Assembly (NCBI GenBank): GCA_025359965.1 | Contig: JANYDC010000149.1 | Coordinates: forward strand, 23,616-87,615 | Direction of reading: 5' to 3' | DNA from: Pedosphaera sp. | GTDB lineage: Bacteria; Verrucomicrobiota; Verrucomicrobiia; Limisphaerales; SXQI01 | Length of the DNA: 64,000 nt | Part shown: in pieces, positions 9,806-20,009 of the stretch | How positions within the stretch are numbered: the stretch's first letter is position 1 | How the letters are laid out: each line of letters starts with the position of its first letter | Notes under the pieces: generated by a model | Databases searched by the model: none | Seen by the model: the letters and a program-made list of their open reading frames with translations, nothing else | Told to the model about the DNA's origin: nothing | Program-made: the position numbers and the translations under genes

Positions 9806-11791
9806 CTAATGGTTGAGCGATTGCGGTGCGCGCCAGGACTTGGATCCTTCCGAGAGGACTTTGCGGTCGGTTGTGGAAAGGCCGACGGGATCGAAACGAA
9901 GCCTTTCGTGCAGGCTGGCCAAGGGGCGAATTTCCCGCGTGGGCACACCCGCCGCTGCGATGCGGTCCATCCAAGTGGCCAGTGATTCGCCGTTCAATCT
10001 TGGCCACCCCAGCCGGATCAGTCGGGCCTCGATTTCTCGGAATTCCGAATCCCCGCCTAAAATCTTGAAAAGGTTTCCGATTTGTTCGAGATCTGCGGCC
10101 CGTTTCTTTTTCCAGAAAATCCGCCAAAGCATGAAAACAATCAGAGGGGCCAGGAGCCACGGGGCGAGTTTGGAGAAGACACCTTTTTCCCCCAGCCAGC
10201 GCCAGTAATTAAACCGATACCAGAGATCGGAAAAGAAGTCTGAAACAGGCTCGAACAGGCTCGCGCGATCTTCCTCGGATTTCTGCCAACTACTGGGGGT
10301 GTTATCCATCTCCAGCCATTGAAGACCGTCCCAAACCATGGCCCATGCGTGGGTGTGGCGCTCACGGACAGCCACGGTCGCCTTTTTGTCTTTCTCGTCC
10401 TCCATCACCGCATAGCCCACGGCGTATCGTGCCGGAACTTGCAAATGCCTCATCAGGAGCACAGTGGCGGTGGCAAAATACTCACAGTGACCTTCACGAC
10501 TTTCTAGGAGAAACCGACCCACCGGGGTGGTTTTTGTTGGCATGACAGCGCTTGACGCGGCTTTTAACCACAAGGAGTAATGAAAATTTTGCTGGAAAAA
10601 ATTCTGAACCTTTTTACTGATCTCCGGGTAAGGATCTCCGGGTTTGAGCCCCAGCTCTTCCGAGATTTTTTCCAGCGCGGCAATTTCATTTAGGGGCACC
10701 GTCGCATCCGCCGCTTCGGGAGGCTCATCAAACGTGGCCGAGGAATTCCGCCTTGCCTGAAAACTCACCAAAGCAGGGCCTTCGGCCACTCGGGCCACTC
10801 CCAAAGCGTTAGTTTCCATTGATCCCACCGGCAGGTGATGTACCTGACTGACTCCATGAGGAAGTGGGAGCAGTCCCTTGCCCTGAGGCAAAAACATGGA
10901 AATACGCACAGCGCTGTCCGCGATGTGACCAGGATCCAGAACCCAAGTATTCCCATCGGTTTCAACCGGGACGTTAACAAAATCGCGTTTCGAGCGCACC
11001 CAGGTTCGATCCCTAAATGTATCAAAAACAACACTGCGAAGGAGTCCCGGCAGCGGACCCGCTTCGGATTTCACACGCAGCACGATGCGGCCCGATTCTT
11101 TGAGCTTGCCCACCTGCCCGATACTGGTATGGGATTCGTTGGCGTCTATTTCCTTCCGACCCCAGCGGGTGAACAAGTCCGAGACTCTGCCAGCCAAAAA
11201 GTTTTGGAATTCACTAATTCCATACTGAAGCCCGAAACCGGTGCCTCCCACCAAGAGGAACGCGGAAACCCAAATCCAGCCCGGTGACCGGCGCGGACGC
11301 AATGTCCAAAGAGCCCAGCCCAACAGAAGAGTGATGGCCAAATAAAAACCAATATCACGACGATTGGCAGCACTGGCGGAAAGAAGAACCAAGGCAAAAT
11401 AAATCCAAGAGACATTGACTACACGGTGGTGCTTTTCCCCTTTCGCGCGTAGGAACCAGGAAAAAACCGAAAGCGGCATGGTTTGCCTAACCCCATAAAA
11501 CTGGGCAAAAGCAATGGGAAGGAACACCAGGGGAAACCATTGAAAAAACAGGTAACCCGCATTTGTCACCTCCTCGGAGAGGCGCAAATAAACTCCACTA
11601 CCAATAAACAAAATGATGCAGACATCCCAAAGTCGGTTCAGCTCGCTGTTACTAAAGTCCCAACGCCATTTAAGCAGCCTGCTGGACTCTAGGATCAGGG
11701 CCACGCCGACTGCAATAAGCAGCATTCCGGAACGCCAGCCCCAGAAAATAAGGGTTGAGGCCAGCAGTCCAAGCGGAAGCAAGTTGCTCAT
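9806..11791 (-). CDS. Membrane transglutaminase-like protein (TgpA-like: polytopic N-terminus plus transglutaminase core)
   Basis: Multiple N-terminal TM helices. Transglutaminase-core Cys motif EGHCEYFATATVLLMRHLQVPARYAVGY. A late TM helix is followed by a cytoplasmic tail. Start taken at ATG 11789-11791, which overlaps the DUF58 stop (ATGA at 11788-11791); the ORF-track start at 11950 is probably spurious. Confidence 0.8.
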   Translation of the reverse strand: MSNLLPLGLLASTLIFWGWRSGMLLIAVGVALILESSRLLKWRWDFSNSELNRLWDVCIILFIGSGVYLRLSEEVTNAGYLFFQWFPLVFLPIAFAQFYGVRQTMPLSVFSWFLRAKGEKHHRVVNVSWIYFALVLLSASAANRRDIGFYLAITLLLGWALWTLRPRRSPGWIWVSAFLLVGGTGFGLQYGISEFQNFLAGRVSDLFTRWGRKEIDANESHTSIGQVGKLKESGRIVLRVKSEAGPLPGLLRSVVFDTFRDRTWVRSKRDFVNVPVETDGNTWVLDPGHIADSAVRISMFLPQGKGLLPLPHGVSQVHHLPVGSMETNALGVARVAEGPALVSFQARRNSSATFDEPPEAADATVPLNEIAALEKISEELGLKPGDPYPEISKKVQNFFQQNFHYSLWLKAASSAVMPTKTTPVGRFLLESREGHCEYFATATVLLMRHLQVPARYAVGYAVMEDEKDKKATVAVRERHTHAWAMVWDGLQWLEMDNTPSSWQKSEEDRASLFEPVSDFFSDLWYRFNYWRWLGEKGVFSKLAPWLLAPLIVFMLWRIFWKKKRAADLEQIGNLFKILGGDSEFREIEARLIRLGWPRLNGESLATWMDRIAAAGVPTREIRPLASLHERLRFDPVGLSTTDRKVLSEGSKSWRAPQSLNH

Positions 11792-13239
11792 CCCTTTTCC
11801 CTCCCAACGGTCAACTCGCGCCCAGGACCCAAGGCGGCTTGGAGATCCTCCTGCATTTTCCCGGTCCGCACTAATTTGATGCCGAGATTTAGAGTCTCGG
11901 AGCGCAGATTCTCCGCCTGTTTCTCGCTGCAAACAAGGTAGACGAGGCAAGGTAAACCCCGCGCTTGAAGCTGTTTGATTAGAGCTGCCCTCTCATCATC
12001 CCAACGCAACAGAATACAAATGCTCCCACTGACCCGCTCTGCATGCCGCAAAATCAGGTTGGATAACTCCGAAAATGGTCTGGTAGTGCAGGCTTCCACC
12101 GAAGCAAGAACCTCCAAAATATGCTCACTCTGCCCCACTCCGCGTCCGGCGGTAAAAGTATAAGCTCGTGGACCGACAAACATCAGATCAAGCAACGCCT
12201 CCTGGCGTTGAACGGTACAAACAAAGGAAGCGGCAAGTGAAATGGCTTCCTCGAAGATTTCGTCTTCCGGTTTTTCCAGAAAGGTATCCAGCACCAAAGC
12301 ATGCCGGACAAAATATTCGTCTACGTATTCCTTTACCACCAGCTTGCCAGTTTTGCTGACGCTCTTCCAGTGGATGTGTCGTAGCGGATCACCTCTGCGA
12401 TAGTCACGAAGCGAAACAAATTCCTCGGATTCGCCGACGCCCCCCGCAAGGTTTACTCCACCGGGCTGGTGCTCGCGCTTGCCTGGCAGGTCAATATCCG
12501 GCAACACATAACGCTTGGGGAGAATCAACACGCTGCTGGTCAATTCAACCCGATTGAAGCTTCGGAACAGGCCAAAGGCATCTGGCCAGACCACGAGTAC
12601 ACCATTCAACCTAAGAACACCCCTCTTGCGGGGCATGACTTCATGATCCACCACAAGAGAACTATTGGCAGCCAGTAGCGGGAGATGTTTCTCGCTTAGA
12701 AGCGCATAGGTCCGCCCTAGGATCAACCATCTCCACCGATAAAATCGCAGATGTCGATCAAACCAATTTCTCTGGCGCTCGCCGGGTTCCGGGGTGTTGA
12801 TGAACTGTACAAGAGTGGGGCGGGTGTCCTCTACGGTGTCGATCAGACTCAGACCTTGAATGGCTTTAGAATTCGGGTTGCGCACACGATACCTTAGCGG
12901 CAAGACCGTGCCTGCCGTTCCGTGTCTGGGCATCAATCTCTCGATTTCAATCACGAGTTTGGGCGCAAATGCCCACAGGAAAGAAACAACCATCAAGCAG
13001 AACAAGATTGCAAACACCTGATAGGCCATCGCCTGACTGGTGTCCAAACCCACACCTGCCGCCGTCAACATTCCAAGCAACACCAAAAGACCGGACGGCG
13101 AGAATCGCTTCTCAAACCAGTATTTAAGCGAGGACGATATCCTGTAGTTCCGGTAAATCGCGCGCTCAAAAAAGGTCGGCCTCTTTTGCGGTTTGTCCAC
13201 AAAGGGAGGAGGCCTCATTGATGTTTGATTTGGCAGCAT
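11788..13239 (-). CDS. DUF58 (vWA-like) protein with N-terminal TM helices
   Basis: Carries the DUF58 hallmark FVSLRDYRRGDPLRHIHWKSVSKTGKLVVKEY. Sits between MoxR and the transglutaminase gene, as in known MoxR-DUF58-TgpA operons. Confidence 0.8.
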   Translation of the reverse strand: MLPNQTSMRPPPFVDKPQKRPTFFERAIYRNYRISSSLKYWFEKRFSPSGLLVLLGMLTAAGVGLDTSQAMAYQVFAILFCLMVVSFLWAFAPKLVIEIERLMPRHGTAGTVLPLRYRVRNPNSKAIQGLSLIDTVEDTRPTLVQFINTPEPGERQRNWFDRHLRFYRWRWLILGRTYALLSEKHLPLLAANSSLVVDHEVMPRKRGVLRLNGVLVVWPDAFGLFRSFNRVELTSSVLILPKRYVLPDIDLPGKREHQPGGVNLAGGVGESEEFVSLRDYRRGDPLRHIHWKSVSKTGKLVVKEYVDEYFVRHALVLDTFLEKPEDEIFEEAISLAASFVCTVQRQEALLDLMFVGPRAYTFTAGRGVGQSEHILEVLASVEACTTRPFSELSNLILRHAERVSGSICILLRWDDERAALIKQLQARGLPCLVYLVCSEKQAENLRSETLNLGIKLVRTGKMQEDLQAALGPGRELTVGREKG

Positions 13240-13251
13240 ATTCTGCCCTCC

Positions 13252-14268
13252 TCAACCGGGCACGGGCACCGCTTTCAAAACTCCATCCACAACGGCGGCG
13301 GTAGTCATGCCACCGAACCGCGCCTGCGGATCAAGCGAGAGACGATGCCCAATTACTGCTGGGGCAATTCTCACCACGTCATCGGGAGTGACAAACTCGC
13401 GCCCGCTAAACAATGCAATGGCTTGGGCAACCTTCATGAGCATTAAGGATGCACGAGGACTGGCTCCAAGCTGAACTCCCGGCGCTTTCCGCGTGGCACT
13501 CACCAGTGCGACGATGTAGTGCTTGAGCTCATCGGAAACGCGCACATTGGTTACAGCCCGTCGGAGGGCCTGTACTTCATGAACTGTGGCACAAGGCTGC
13601 AAACCATCCAAAGGATGGGTCTTGGATTGCGCGGACAAAATCAACACTTCCTCCTTTTGAGTGACATAACCGAGGTTAAACTGAAGAGCAAAGCGGTCCA
13701 TCTGGGCCTCGGGCAAAGGATAAGTCCCGCGAAACTCGACAGGGTTTTGCGTCGCGATGACGAAAAACAATGAGGAAAGCTTTCGGCTTGATCCCTCTAC
13801 CGTCACCTGACCTTCAGCCATGGCCTCGAGCAAAGCCGACTGGGTGCGTGGCGAGGCGCGGTTGACCTCATCGGCCAGAAGGATGTCAGTGAATATGGGG
13901 CCTTCATGGAAACGGAACTCCTGCTCCCGTTGGTGATAAATGGAGACTCCGAGGATGTCAGTGGGCAACACATCAGGGGTGAACTGAACCCGCGTAAATC
14001 CAACGGCAATCGAGGCGGCCAAAGCCTTGGCCAAAGTCGTCTTGCCTGTCCCAGGGTAATCCTCAAGCAATACATGCCCACCTGCGGCCAAGGCGGCAAG
14101 CAAGAGCCGAGTTGCATGGTCCTGCCCTTGCATCACCGCAGAAATATTAGCGGCAATCCGCTGATAAACTCCTCGGGAGGCCGAAAAATCAGTGTCAACA
14201 GGCGATAATACACCTGGCGACGTGGGGGCGACCGTTGCTGTGTTCATGAGTAAGTCAGACACTAACAT
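13252..14268 (-). CDS. MoxR-family AAA+ ATPase
   Basis: HVLLEDYPGTGKTTLAKALA (Walker A), ILLADEVNRASPRTQSALLEAM (Walker B/sensor) and ATQNPVEFRGTYPLPEAQMDRF. An alternative start lies at 14247. Confidence 0.9.
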   Translation of the reverse strand: MLVSDLLMNTATVAPTSPGVLSPVDTDFSASRGVYQRIAANISAVMQGQDHATRLLLAALAAGGHVLLEDYPGTGKTTLAKALAASIAVGFTRVQFTPDVLPTDILGVSIYHQREQEFRFHEGPIFTDILLADEVNRASPRTQSALLEAMAEGQVTVEGSSRKLSSLFFVIATQNPVEFRGTYPLPEAQMDRFALQFNLGYVTQKEEVLILSAQSKTHPLDGLQPCATVHEVQALRRAVTNVRVSDELKHYIVALVSATRKAPGVQLGASPRASLMLMKVAQAIALFSGREFVTPDDVVRIAPAVIGHRLSLDPQARFGGMTTAAVVDGVLKAVPVPG

Positions 14269-14360
14269 GGATTTACATCGGCTGACAGCCGGATAACCAA
14301 AGATACAAACACTGATCTTTGTAAAAGGTGCCGAAAGCTGAAGCGGTTACTGGCGAAGAC

Positions 14361-14388
14361 AAAAAAAATCCGAAGCCAAAGCTCCGGA
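14361..14388 (-). terminator. Rho-independent terminator downstream of the LamG gene
   Basis: Minus-strand RNA folds as UCCGGAGC-UUUG-GCUUCGGA (8 bp including one G-U, tetraloop) followed directly by U8. It starts 25 nt after the stop codon at 14413-14415. Confidence 0.8.
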
Positions 14389-14412
14389 CTTCGTTTGATT
14401 GTAAAAAAAGAA

Positions 14413-17125
14413 CTATTCCGAGATTTGTTTCCATCGGTAGAACTTCAAAGTAGTCCCAGCAGGAATCGTGTAAGGTGAAACAGCCGCATTCACGTCGGCA
14501 AACTCGCCGGTTATGGAATCAGCAGATTGAAGCTTACCACCCGACCATGAGACCACAGCCAATTGGCCTACGACTTCGACTTTAAGGAAGTCCGCAGCTG
14601 ATTTAGCCGTGAAATGCTGAGCAACCTGACTTGCCGAGAGAGCGTAGTTGTAGATCGCAACCTCGTCGATCGCCCCAGTAAAATGCTCGTCCCAACCATT
14701 GCCCGTCGAACCGACGGACCATCCCCCGCCACTGACTGGAAGCGCTCCCACTGTGGAAGCAGCTGAAGCAACCTTGTCCCCGTTACGGAACAGACTCCAG
14801 TTAGTGCCGTCGTAGGTGCCAACCAGATGAATCCATTTGCCCCCGCCGAGGTCATCGGCAGGAACTGCAAAAGAGGTCGACTGCGTGTTAGTGCCATCGG
14901 TTGAGCCAACGGCGTAATTCGCGCCAGCTCCATCAATGCTGAGAAATACTTCAGCACTCGTGAGCACAGAGCCGTTGGTTGCTACCGCTTCACTGCCGTA
15001 GGAGCTAATCGTCTGGGGTCCATGCGAAATAATCCTCGCTCTGGCTCCTAAAGTGGCATCAGGTTTGACCCATGCCTCCAAAGAAATTCGGCCAGAAAAA
15101 TTCAGATCAACAGGATTGCCCAAACTGACCCAACCGAGATTGGAATCCAATGCAACGGCGGAATTAACCTCTGAGAAACCAAGATACGTTGGTGCTACAG
15201 GACCACTTGCGTTGTTAATGGTTGCAACAAGGACTGCGGCGGCGGAACTCCCCAGCGTTCCTGCGTTCGCGGCCGAGTAGGGTGCGGAATCGTTAAGGCG
15301 CAGGTAAGTGGCTGGCATCAGACGCTGGGGTGATGTTTCATTGTAAGCCGCAGTCAGGACCAAGGTCTCGTAGTTGGTGGCAGGATGAGAATTGGTCGCT
15401 GCCTGATAATGTGCAAGAACCTGTTCGGGTGTCAGCGCGTAGTTGTTGTACAATGCCAGCTCGCTCACTTCTCCCTCAAAGGGATTGTTTCCAAATCCTG
15501 AAGCAGTGTTGTAGGCGCCCACCGCAAAATCAGCTGGTTCGCTCGCGTCTTCGGTTGGATTCTGGTTGGCCTTATAGATAGCGGCGCTGTTCGTGGCGAC
15601 CGGTTTTCCGTTGACAAAAGCGGTCAAAACACCCATCCAGTTTCCGTTGCCGGTATCGCCGTTTTCCAAATCAGGTTGCCAGGTGAAAACAAGGCGTTGC
15701 CATTCGCCTACGACATAAGGCACGGAAGTCACCACGTCCTGTCCACCCGATCCCGACCCAGTATACATTTTGAAGTCCCAACCAACCCCGCTATAGCCGC
15801 CGACTCCGTTATAGGTGTCATTGGGAGCCCGTTGAAAAATCACCCAGCCGGTGCGGTTGCCGGAAGCTTGATATCGGTTGTTGACCAAACTGGCGCCGGG
15901 ATTTTGACGGTCGCTGGTGGGCTTGACCCAAGTCTCAAATGTAAAGGGAACGTTTTCCAAGGGGTTGTTCTGCTCGGTGTAGAGAAGGTCTGTTACCGAG
16001 CCACCTCCATTGCGCCAGTGATAGCCGAAAGCCCCATCCGCCGAGCTTCCAGCGATAGGTCCGGGAAGTCCCTGCTGCACTTTATCGGTGTTGGATGCCA
16101 CACCGCCATCACGCAAGTCACCTAGGTTAAGCGCCGAGCCCGACCCTGGAGGCAGCTCATTCATTCGGAGATATGCCACAGGACGAGCTGTTTGAACAAG
16201 AGTCTCATAAGAAACAACCCTAGCCGCGTTAGTGCCGCTCTGATAATGCGACAGAATTTGTGATGCGGTCAGCTTGTTTGTGTAGAAGGCAAATTCATCC
16301 ACACCACCAAAATAGGGATTTGAACCTGGCTGAGTGTTGTTATAGGAGCCAAAAGCAACGCCTGAAGGGCCATTCACGGCCTCGGTGGGATCGTGGTCAT
16401 CCGTGTTCGCTTGGTAACCAGCCCCCTCGCCAGTCCAAGTATTTGATGCCGCTTCCACCCCGTTGATGAACATGGACACGGTGGCGCCGTTTTCGTTGTC
16501 AGGATCGTACACAACCGCAACATGAGTCCAAGTGCCAATCATGTACGGAACCTGAGAAACCACATCCAAGCCACTGCTGCTTCCGCTGCCGCGGTACATC
16601 CTGAAATTCCATCCAACACCTTCGTAGCCAGGCTTCCCATTATAACTGATATTCTGGGCCCGTTGAAAAATAACCCAACCTTGGCGTGTCGCGCCAGAAT
16701 AGGCATAACGGTTGTTAACAACTGCCTGGCCCGCATTGATTTGATCGCTGGCGGGATAACCAAGCTTCCATAGTGAAAGGCTGGGAAGCATCGGGGTTCA
16801 GTGACGCATTGAAAGGAATGATGGCACGAGCCGTGGAATCAAAAAAAATCGAACGATTCCGGTCCCCCGCGATGGCTCCAGAATAGGAGCGGGCGTTCAA
16901 ATTGGTTGCATTGCCGAGACTTCCCGCACTCCCCGTGTTCAGATTTGTGTTTGACCGGTCTGTGGAGTCATTCAACCGGTAGTAGCCCAACGGGGCGTCT
17001 CCAAGCACCGTCGACGGGTAATCCGCAGCTTGTGCGAAGGAGAACGAAAGCAACCCAAGAGCGGCTCCAAGGACCGACTGGGTAAGACTTATTTTGCGGC
17101 GAGATTTTAAAAGTGCAAGGTTCAT
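14413..17125 (-). pseudogene. Secreted triple-LamG protein (~900 aa) interrupted by a frameshift near 16756
   Basis: ORF 16715-17125 encodes a signal peptide and the start of a LamG repeat, ending ...PFTMEAWL. ORF 14413-16791 continues that repeat in another frame (..YPASDQINAGQAVVNNRY..). An internal paralogous repeat reads continuously as FTFETWVKPTSDRQNPGASLVNNRY. Skipping 1 nt at about 16756 restores a single frame. This could also be a sequencing error. Confidence 0.65.
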
Positions 17126-17461
17126 GATCTATTTAATTGGTGCTGTGATTAGTCAACAAACGGTGTTGGGGGCGTCTGAAACCGGCTCAAAGAGCATGTC
17201 CGATTTGCTCGTTGTGCTTAGTATTACTGGATAAATCTGTCTTCAAACGTACTCCTCAAAAAGCGGCAAAAGCCAGAGAAATCTCTTTGCTCACAAAGAA
17301 CCAGCATCGGCTTGTTGAATGAGTCTGTATCAGGGATCACGTCGTGTCTCAACAAATGCAGCGTGACAATTGAGCAACAATCCCGTCAAAAAGATTCCAC
17401 ACCTATTCTAGCATCCCCAAAGAAGTTGCGGGGAAGAGCAATTCTGCTCTAGCTTTCTGCC

Positions 17462-18778
17462 ATGAACTTCAGATCACTACGCGCGATTCTGCTCTGTTTG
17501 GGCATTTCAGCGTCAACGCAGGCTGCGTCAGCAGCGCCGTGGAACCAGTTTCGAGGGCCGAACGGTGATGGGCTGAGTGATGCCACAAATCTGCCTGTCA
17601 AATGGAGTGAGACCGAGAATATTGCATGGAAAACTCCCATTCACGGCCGTGCTTGGTCCTCCCCTGTGGTGATTGATGAGAGAATTTGGCTGACCACCGC
17701 CAGCGAAGACGGCCAAAAATTGAGTGTGCTTTCGATCAACCCCGTTTCAGGAGCGATACTTTCCGACCACCAGCTATTTGATATCGAGAAACCCCAGTTC
17801 GCCCACAAGTTCAACAGCTATGCCTCCCCCACCCCGGTGGCTGAGCATGGGCACATCTATGTCACCTTTGGCTCTCCTGGCACTGCCTGCCTTGACACAA
17901 AAACCGGCGAGACACTCTGGAAACGTGGGGATTTGGTCTGCAATCACTACCGAGGCGCAGGCTCATCTCCCATCATTTACCAAAACCTTTTGATCATGAA
18001 CTTTGATGGGAGCGACCATCAATTCATCCTCGCGCTTGACACTAAAACCGGCAAAACGGTCTGGGAAACAGAACGCTCAATTGACTACAAGGATCTTGGC
18101 CCCGATGGCAAGCCGGAGAGCGAAGGCGATTGGCGCAAGGCCTTTGCCACCCCCCACGTAGCTATGCTGGACGGAAAACCCCAACTAATTAGTCAGGGTG
18201 CCAAAGCGTTTTATGGTTACAATCCCAGAACAGGTGAGGACATCTGGCGCGTCGAGGAACGCACGAGCCATTCTGGCGGAACGCGGCCCGTGGTGTGGAA
18301 TGGCACGATCATTTTTCCATCAGGCTGGTCAAGCGGCCAAATCCTCGCGATTAAACCAGGAGCCAAAGGAGAGGTCTTGGACGTGAACGCAGCTTCCACA
18401 AACGAAACGGCGAAACTGTCCTTGGTTTGGAAAAGCAAACGAGGCGTCCCCAAGAAACCCTCATTGATCATCGTCAATGACCTCCTGTTCAGCCTCGACG
18501 ACAACGGTGTGGCAACCTGCTCAGATCTGGCAACAGGCAAAACCATTTGGAACGAACGCATTGGCGGGAATTATTCCGCCTCGCCGATCGCATCAAAGGA
18601 GGGGATCTATTTCGTGAGCGAAGAAGGCAAAGCCACAGTCATTGCAGCAGCATCAAGTTTCCAGAAGCTCGGCGAATCACAATTGGGCGACGGATTCATG
18701 GCCTCCCCGGCGGTTCTGGATAACTCCCTAATCCTCAGGAGCCGCACCATGCTTTACCGGGTGGAAACCAAGAAATAA
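17462..18778 (+). CDS. Secreted PQQ-like / BamB-like beta-propeller repeat protein
   Basis: Signal peptide (LLCLGISASTQAASA), then WNQFRGPNGDG...NIAWKTPIHGRAWSSPVVIDERIWL and repeated W/G-rich blade motifs, as seen in PVC PQQ-like propeller proteins. Confidence 0.7.
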   Translation: MNFRSLRAILLCLGISASTQAASAAPWNQFRGPNGDGLSDATNLPVKWSETENIAWKTPIHGRAWSSPVVIDERIWLTTASEDGQKLSVLSINPVSGAILSDHQLFDIEKPQFAHKFNSYASPTPVAEHGHIYVTFGSPGTACLDTKTGETLWKRGDLVCNHYRGAGSSPIIYQNLLIMNFDGSDHQFILALDTKTGKTVWETERSIDYKDLGPDGKPESEGDWRKAFATPHVAMLDGKPQLISQGAKAFYGYNPRTGEDIWRVEERTSHSGGTRPVVWNGTIIFPSGWSSGQILAIKPGAKGEVLDVNAASTNETAKLSLVWKSKRGVPKKPSLIIVNDLLFSLDDNGVATCSDLATGKTIWNERIGGNYSASPIASKEGIYFVSEEGKATVIAAASSFQKLGESQLGDGFMASPAVLDNSLILRSRTMLYRVETKK

Positions 18779-18780
18779 CT

Positions 18781-19929
18781 TCAGGCATTTTCGCGCATCG
18801 TCTCCACGTCCAACCCCATTTTGGCGCACCATTCCGCGAAGGCGAAGGGGGAAATCTCTGATGGCTTGATCTCACTGCGTCCGCCCCAGAAAACGTTGGT
18901 GTAAGAGACCGGCAGCCCGGCTTCCTCCAAGTGCTGGTCAATGGCCGCTTTGTGTGCGAGGACCACTTCTTTATCCGTGCCATGAGCCACTCCCATCACA
19001 TTGACATTGCGAAACTCAGGACCGCCTTCCCGCCAATAAGCGTGAGTCATGATGTGGTGGCGACCCACTTCCTTCCCTGCCTCAATCTCGCGTCCGACAG
19101 GCACTGCCCAGTGGAAGAGTGCGTTGAACCGCGTCACTCTTTGACCATCAGAAAGCGGTTTGACATGCTCAAGGAACGTGCTGAAACGCCCTATGACCCT
19201 GCGCTCATTCAAATTCTCTGAGATCTTACAGAACGTCTCTAAATCAACCCCGGCCTCAACAGCTCGAGGCTGCCAGATATTTTCCGTGATCTCATTCGGT
19301 TCGAACTCGCGTTTGAGGGCGACCAGTACCCGCCACTCCAACTCATCCAACTCAACCACGTTAACATCATGAACCTCTGCAGGAACCTCAGCTCGGCTCC
19401 CAATCTCCATGCCCCGCCTGCGCATGTGGCCGACCCCGAGCGCAAATAATCGGCGGGCCGGCATGAGTCGATAAGATTGTCCGCCGAATCGATTGAGCAA
19501 AAAATCGCAATGCCGCCTCATTGAAAATCCTTGGGGTACTTTGAGGGTGGTCCACAGCCGGTATAGCGCACCAGGCGTGGCCGGATCGGCCGACCGCACC
19601 ACGACATGCCCGCTGAAGGGGTCTTGCTGCACCATCCAATCAAAGGCCTCGTCCAGCTTCTCCACCGGAAACTGCCACGCCACGAGCGAACCCGGCGCCA
19701 GATTGGTGGCCATCAAAGTCTGGCGAACTCGCCGAATGGTTCCCCCTCGCAGCATGGCTTGGATCCTTGCCAAAACCACATCTCTACTCACTCCGCACAG
19801 ACGTTCGATCTCCCCAATGGGATCACGCTGAAAACCTTGGATGAGGTCCTCAGAAACTGAAAGTACTTTGGCATTGATCGGATCATCAATGGCGATGGGC
19901 AGAGGCGCTGCTGTCATAAAGTGAAACAT
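18781..19929 (-). CDS. Fused double AsnC/Lrp-type protein (siroheme decarboxylase NirDL/AhbAB-like fold)
   Basis: Two tandem modules, each a short HTH-like segment followed by a ligand-domain-like segment. Module 1: GEIERLCGVSRDVVLARIQAMLRGGTIRRV...LVAWQFPVEKLDEAF...SGHVVVR...LWTTLKVP. Module 2: LDELEWRVLVALK...RRVIGRFSTF...ALFHWAVP...MTHAYWRE. Start set at ATG 19927-19929 (alternative at 19917). The upstream 83 codons of the ORF-track call look non-coding. Confidence 0.45.
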   Translation of the reverse strand: MFHFMTAAPLPIAIDDPINAKVLSVSEDLIQGFQRDPIGEIERLCGVSRDVVLARIQAMLRGGTIRRVRQTLMATNLAPGSLVAWQFPVEKLDEAFDWMVQQDPFSGHVVVRSADPATPGALYRLWTTLKVPQGFSMRRHCDFLLNRFGGQSYRLMPARRLFALGVGHMRRRGMEIGSRAEVPAEVHDVNVVELDELEWRVLVALKREFEPNEITENIWQPRAVEAGVDLETFCKISENLNERRVIGRFSTFLEHVKPLSDGQRVTRFNALFHWAVPVGREIEAGKEVGRHHIMTHAYWREGGPEFRNVNVMGVAHGTDKEVVLAHKAAIDQHLEEAGLPVSYTNVFWGGRSEIKPSEISPFAFAEWCAKMGLDVETMRENA

Positions 19930-19973
19930 ACTAGCCGACCACAGGCATTGAAGGCAACAGACGACGAAAATAA

Positions 19974-20009
19974 AGAGCGCCTGGCTCATTCCCATAAACC
20001 AGGCGCTCT
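19974..20009 (-). promoter_or_regulatory. Terminator-like leader hairpin (11-bp perfect inverted repeat)
   Basis: AGAGCGCCTGG (19974-19984) pairs with CCAGGCGCTCT (19999-20009) across a 14-nt loop. On the minus strand it is followed by UUAUUUUCGUCGU. It ends 44 nt (19930-19973) upstream of the gene start, and there is no upstream co-directional gene for it to terminate. Confidence 0.5.
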
